From Candidatus Bathyarchaeia archaeon (GTDB taxonomy: Archaea > Thermoproteota > Bathyarchaeia > Bathyarchaeales > Bathycorpusculaceae), in assembly GCA_049516875.1 (NCBI GenBank), contig JBEKSS010000001.1, forward strand, positions 160,001 through 224,000: 64,000 nt of DNA, given 5' to 3'. Both the position numbers and the translations under genes were made by a program. A model generated the notes under the pieces. It worked only from the letters and a program-made list of their open reading frames with translations. It had not been told where the DNA came from and did no database searches. This document shows positions 59,707 through 64,000 of the stretch, piece after piece. The stretch's first letter is position 1. Each line of letters opens with the position of its first letter.

Positions 59707-60177
59707 ATGAAGAGAATAATCGTCGATGTCGATCGATGTTCTGGATGCAGACTGTGTGAGGCAGTATGCTCGTTTGCTCATGAAAACCTGTTTGGATCTT
59801 CTGCTTCAAGGATTACGGTTGTGAAAGATGATGCTTTCGGATTCGACCTGCCGGTTATGTGTTGGCATTGTAGCCGCTGTCTTCCCATGGAAACCTGCCC
59901 CTCGAAAGCTCTGAAAAGAAACCCAGAAGGATTGATCTACGCAAGTGAAGAATGCATTGGCTGCGGAAAATGCGTAGAAACATGCCTCGTCGGAGCGATC
60001 AAGCTACATCCTGAGAGGCATACTCCTCTAATTTGCGATCAGTGCGGCGGAAAACCAATATGTGTTAGGAAATGCCCGACCAAAGCATTAACGTATTCGG
60101 AAACGAATGTGCAACGGCCCAAATTGCCAGTTAAGGTTCTTGAAGAAACATTGAGAAAGTGGAGAATAATTGCCTGA
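59707..60177 (+). CDS. 4Fe-4S dicluster electron-transfer subunit
   Basis: CSGCRLCEAVC, CWHC...CP, CIGCGKCVETC, CDQC...CVRKCP. Confidence 0.92.
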   Translation: MKRIIVDVDRCSGCRLCEAVCSFAHENLFGSSASRITVVKDDAFGFDLPVMCWHCSRCLPMETCPSKALKRNPEGLIYASEECIGCGKCVETCLVGAIKLHPERHTPLICDQCGGKPICVRKCPTKALTYSETNVQRPKLPVKVLEETLRKWRIIA

Positions 60178-62086
60178 GTATTTCGGTTATGCTGGAAGAG
60201 TTCTTCGAGTAGATCTCACGAGAAGCAGGATTAAGACAAAACCTACAGAAAAAATTTTGATAATGGAGTTTATCGGTGGAAGAGGCTTCAACTCTGCGAG
60301 ACTTTACAGGGAAGTCCCAGCAAACGTAGACCCTCTTTCTCCGGAAAACAAGCTCATGTTTGCAACAGGCCCGCTGGTCGGGACAGCTTTCCCTCTGGGT
60401 GCACGGTTCAACGTGAGTGCTAAATCTCCACTTACGGGGATATTGGGAGACTCAAATGCTGGAGGTCATTTTGCCGCTGAACTGAAGTTCGCTGGGTATG
60501 ATCAAATAATAATCGAGGGCAGAAGTCCGAAACCGTGCCTCATTTTCATACGCGACCAAGAAACCCAGATTCTAGATGCTGCACATCTTGTCGGAAAAGA
60601 CGTTTACGAAACGACCAGAATCATTAGAAGAGATTTGGGCAGGCAGGTTCAGGTTGCGACGGTTGGGCCGGCAGCTGAGAATGTTGTTCTTTATTCTGGA
60701 ATATTCGTCAATCTAGCAAGGCCTGCTGCCAGAACGGGCATGGGTACGGTTATGGCTTCCAAGAACTTGAAGGCGATAGCGTTAGAAGGAACGGGCAGCG
60801 TGAAGGTTGCTGATTCTGGCGCGTTCTGGAGGATTGTTGAGAAAGTTGAAGAAGAGACCTATGCTCATCCCCAGTATTGGCCTCGCAGGATAATGGGAAC
60901 AACCAGAATTCTGAGCCTCGCGGACAATCTGGGCTTTCTGCCCACGAGGCATTTCACTTCTGCCACGTTCGAGCACGCGGCTAAAGTAAGTGGCGAAAGA
61001 CTAGCAAGAGAGTACAACGTGAAAAATCGCGCCTGCTACTCGTGTATAGTCCCATGCAGCAGATTCTATGTTGTAAGGGAAGGAGATTACGCTGGCCTTT
61101 ACGGTGAAGGACCAGAGTATGAAGCGCTGAGCAGCTTCACCGCTAGAGTTGGAAACTCGAGCCTTAATCTGGCCCTGAAGGCCGTTGATTTGGCTAACAA
61201 GTTGGGTTTGGATGCGATAACGACCGCCGAGTGCATTGCTTGGGCTATGGAGCTTTACGAAAGAGGGGAATTAGACAAGAAGGAAACAGATGGTCTTGAG
61301 CTGGATTGGGGAAACGGCAAGACGATACTCGAATTGATTGAAAGAATAGCCTATCGCAAGGGATTTGGAGATTTGCTTGCTGATGGAGTTAGAAGAGCGG
61401 CGGAAAAACTTGGAAAGGGAAAGGAGATAGCCTTCCACGTGAAGGGTTTAGAACTCATACAGGCTGATCCTCGCGGTTTGAAAGGTTACGGTCTAGGATA
61501 TGCTGTCTCGAGCAGAGGAGCAGACCATCTGAGATCCGAGCCTTTCCTAGAGCTAAGCGACGACCCCGATGAAGGCATGAAGAAGTTTGGGATTGCAGAG
61601 GCAACGTTAAGGCTTGCCCACAGAGGTAAAGGCAGGCTGGTACGCTACTTCGAAGACTGGTGCGCAGTAGTAGACTCCTTGGAAATCTGCAAAAACTTGG
61701 CCGAAAACATGGAGTTGCTGCCCCTGAAGAGGGCAGCCGAGATAACGGAGGCCGTGACGGGTTTCCACTTCACAGAAGAGTCGATGTCCGAAATCGGGGA
61801 GAGGATAGTCAACCTAGAAAGAGCCTTTCTCGTTCGGCAAGGAATTACAAGAAAAGACGACTACCTGCCCCCAAGATTTCTCAATGAGCCCCTGCCCAAC
61901 GGAAATTCAAAGGGATCAGTATTCGAGTTAGAGCCTATGCTCAACGAATATTATGAGGAAAGAGGATGGGACTCCAACGGAATCCCGAAAACACGAAAAT
62001 TAAGAGAACTCCATCTCGAATATGCCATCAAAGATTTGAAAAGAACTGACGTCAAAGTCAGGAAGAAAAGGAATCTGAAGAACTGA
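60170..62086 (+). CDS. aor: aldehyde:ferredoxin oxidoreductase family (tungsten/molybdenum)
   Basis: GYAGRVLRVDL, KSPLTG, KNLKAI, CYSCIVPC, GPEYE, LGLDAI, RGADH. Confidence 0.93.
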   Translation: MPEYFGYAGRVLRVDLTRSRIKTKPTEKILIMEFIGGRGFNSARLYREVPANVDPLSPENKLMFATGPLVGTAFPLGARFNVSAKSPLTGILGDSNAGGHFAAELKFAGYDQIIIEGRSPKPCLIFIRDQETQILDAAHLVGKDVYETTRIIRRDLGRQVQVATVGPAAENVVLYSGIFVNLARPAARTGMGTVMASKNLKAIALEGTGSVKVADSGAFWRIVEKVEEETYAHPQYWPRRIMGTTRILSLADNLGFLPTRHFTSATFEHAAKVSGERLAREYNVKNRACYSCIVPCSRFYVVREGDYAGLYGEGPEYEALSSFTARVGNSSLNLALKAVDLANKLGLDAITTAECIAWAMELYERGELDKKETDGLELDWGNGKTILELIERIAYRKGFGDLLADGVRRAAEKLGKGKEIAFHVKGLELIQADPRGLKGYGLGYAVSSRGADHLRSEPFLELSDDPDEGMKKFGIAEATLRLAHRGKGRLVRYFEDWCAVVDSLEICKNLAENMELLPLKRAAEITEAVTGFHFTEESMSEIGERIVNLERAFLVRQGITRKDDYLPPRFLNEPLPNGNSKGSVFELEPMLNEYYEERGWDSNGIPKTRKLRELHLEYAIKDLKRTDVKVRKKRNLKN

Positions 62087-62123
62087 CGTCGTTGCGCATG
62101 TGCTTTTATGTCATAGATTGAAT

Positions 62124-63998
62124 TCAGATGCCATTATCGTATTTCGCTAGGGCTGCTACTTCGATGGGCACCACTTTTCTGTATACACACTCTGGTCTTC
62201 TTATGACCCCATCAACATTCAAGAGGTCTTTGACTTGTATTCCGAATGCTTTTTCGTTTTCTTTCAGCAACGGTAGGATTCTTTCCCAATCTTCTCTGGA
62301 AATTGTGCTGATTTTGCCGCCGTTGAGCTGTTCTTCGCCGACTGTTTCTCTAGGGTCTCTCAGGTATACAGCGCTTGCTGCAGCGAGGGGGAACAGGTTT
62401 CCGCCTTGGTAGGGGGTTTCTTGCTCTGTGATTTTTCCGTGGTCATCGAATGTCATTCCGTTTAGAATTGTAAATCCTCTCGCTGCCATGCAAGATTCGC
62501 CCATGTAATCTTTGCATGAACCATTGATTACAGCCGTAGCACTTCCGACGGAGTTGATCAATGGTCTGTCGATGAGATCGCCTAAAACGAACGTCACTCC
62601 ACCCTTAGCCCCGTATTCAAACGCTTTTCCCGCATCTCCATAGATTACCAGTTTTCCTGACTTGAAGCAATAAGCGACAGAGTCCTGAGCGCTTTCGTGC
62701 ACATAAAATTCTGGGCCGTCTGCGAAAGCAGCAAGGCAGTCGCCAGTTCTTCCGTATACGTCGATTCTGACTTTGTCTCTTGCAATCAGACCAGCTCCGA
62801 AATTTCTCTGTCCTCTGAAGTCATAGGCAATAAAGTTCGTCCAGCCTAGCTTGTAAGCTCTTTCAAGAAACCGGCATGTTCCTTCTTCTCCCTCGGGGTG
62901 AAATTCAGAGGCGTCTATGACGAGGGTTTGACCTGAGCGTATTGGACCTTTCAGCTCGTTTCTTGTTTCAAAGTTGATCAAACAGTAATTGCCATTTTTG
63001 TTGGATTCGGGGGAATGTACTGAATTGAAAATTCCGAAGAGTTTTTCTTCGAGTAGAGAGACGATGTCACTTCTTCTTTTGCTGCCAGTATCATATTTTC
63101 TGTCTATAAGCAGGGTGAGTGTCTCTATGACGACTGACTTCTCTTCATCACCTCTATCAGCGTATTTCCTCAGGGCATCTGCAAACGAACACACTTCGTC
63201 AAAATTCCAGTCTTCAATGTTCTTTGCAGCGTATACGAATAGATCGCCGGCTTTCGGTCTTTCTTTTAGTTTTTCATCAATGCTAGAAGATTGAGGTGGA
63301 TTATGACTGTTTGTTCTCTTGTAATGTTGCTGATGTTTTGGAGCTGAGAGGGGTTTCCCAAACTTATCCGTGCATAGGAGGTTCTTTGACTTGTCGATAG
63401 TGAAGACAAAAGCGCCACCATCAGTATAGCTTCCTCCTCTGGCGTACCAGTATAGGTCACACATTGGATAGAATCTTGAATCATACTCCGACAAACTCTG
63501 TACCATTGTATCTATTGCCTGTTTCTCAGAAGCTATGAATCCTATTTTTACCTCTCCTTCTTGGAGTGCAAAGACTTGTGGCCTTAACATTGAAGTGTCA
63601 GTTATGCCGATTAGCTGAAACTCGCTTCTGTAAGGATTATTTCGGGCAATGATGAAGAACCAGGGTCCATCGGGAGAATATTGAATGTGTGTTGCTTGGA
63701 CAGCCTTATAGATTTTCTTCTTACTTTCTGGAAGCATCGCAAAATCTCTTTCAGTCGTTGGTGCAATAGCCTCGATTGCGTATTCCAGTGGGTATCCATA
63801 AATCCTTGTGAGGAGATCCCAGTATAGGGCGGCAACCTCGGTGTCCGTCAAGAATAAGGGGAAAATGTCTCTTTGCCTCAGGTATTCTGTTATTGAATAA
63901 TAATTCGCAAAATCGCCATTGTGAACCAAGGCATCGTGCAAGCCTATGAATGGGTGGGAACCCCCAGGATGCCAGATTTTTCCTTTCGTCGGATATCT
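62124..63998 (-). CDS. glutamate-synthase-like protein: amidotransferase domain fused to GXGXG domain (5' end outside window)
   Basis: RYPT..HPF, HNGD, TDTE, DGP, LRP, IASE followed by GXGXG beta-helix repeats; the frame is open to the window end. Confidence 0.85.
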   Translation of the reverse strand, partial: RYPTKGKIWHPGGSHPFIGLHDALVHNGDFANYYSITEYLRQRDIFPLFLTDTEVAALYWDLLTRIYGYPLEYAIEAIAPTTERDFAMLPESKKKIYKAVQATHIQYSPDGPWFFIIARNNPYRSEFQLIGITDTSMLRPQVFALQEGEVKIGFIASEKQAIDTMVQSLSEYDSRFYPMCDLYWYARGGSYTDGGAFVFTIDKSKNLLCTDKFGKPLSAPKHQQHYKRTNSHNPPQSSSIDEKLKERPKAGDLFVYAAKNIEDWNFDEVCSFADALRKYADRGDEEKSVVIETLTLLIDRKYDTGSKRRSDIVSLLEEKLFGIFNSVHSPESNKNGNYCLINFETRNELKGPIRSGQTLVIDASEFHPEGEEGTCRFLERAYKLGWTNFIAYDFRGQRNFGAGLIARDKVRIDVYGRTGDCLAAFADGPEFYVHESAQDSVAYCFKSGKLVIYGDAGKAFEYGAKGGVTFVLGDLIDRPLINSVGSATAVINGSCKDYMGESCMAARGFTILNGMTFDDHGKITEQETPYQGGNLFPLAAASAVYLRDPRETVGEEQLNGGKISTISREDWERILPLLKENEKAFGIQVKDLLNVDGVIRRPECVYRKVVPIEVAALAKYDNGI

Positions 63999-64000
63999 TT

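Noticed and set aside
1-64000. Many antisense or overlapping ORFs in the track (e.g. 3-461, 1347-1826, 30730-31287, 42676-43224); CRISPR arrays, rRNA, complete tRNAs
   Set aside because: The ORFs are shadows of well-supported genes; no repeat-spacer array or complete structural RNA gene was seen

Overview
Archaeal chromosomal window. Gene content (PolB1-type polymerase, TackOD1 protein, exosome/proteasome superoperon, CarS, AglB) points to a TACK archaeon, most likely Bathyarchaeia; this is an inference. Most of the window is housekeeping: hutU (partial), sua5, a UbiD-family gene, nth, a Clp1/NOL9 kinase, radB, carS, topA, gcvT, aglB plus a GPT/AglH-like gene, queT, polB, thrS, RsmB/NOP, speB, two moeA, nfo, a type IV pilus locus, an ECF module, psmA-SBDS-rrp4/41/42-rpl37ae-pcc1-pfdB, fprA/DUF438, AOR and a glutamate-synthase-like gene (partial). 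XPD helicase and 6-phospho-3-hexuloisomerase are disrupted. The most notable unexplained signals are: (1) a structured queT 5' leader in which a hairpin-loop anti-SD can pair with the SD, resembling preQ1-II riboswitch topology; (2) a 25.8-28.4 kb island with a broken tyrosine recombinase followed by a ~2.06 kb cargo bounded by abutting 13-bp direct and 13-bp inverted repeats and punctuated by (GC)4 palindromes; (3) a 56-57 kb accessory gene flanked by a long hairpin/repeat and a tRNA 3'-end relic; (4) eukaryote-like OSTC/DC2 and PAC4 homologues. No full tRNA, rRNA or CRISPR array was seen. All family calls are by motif recognition, without database searches.
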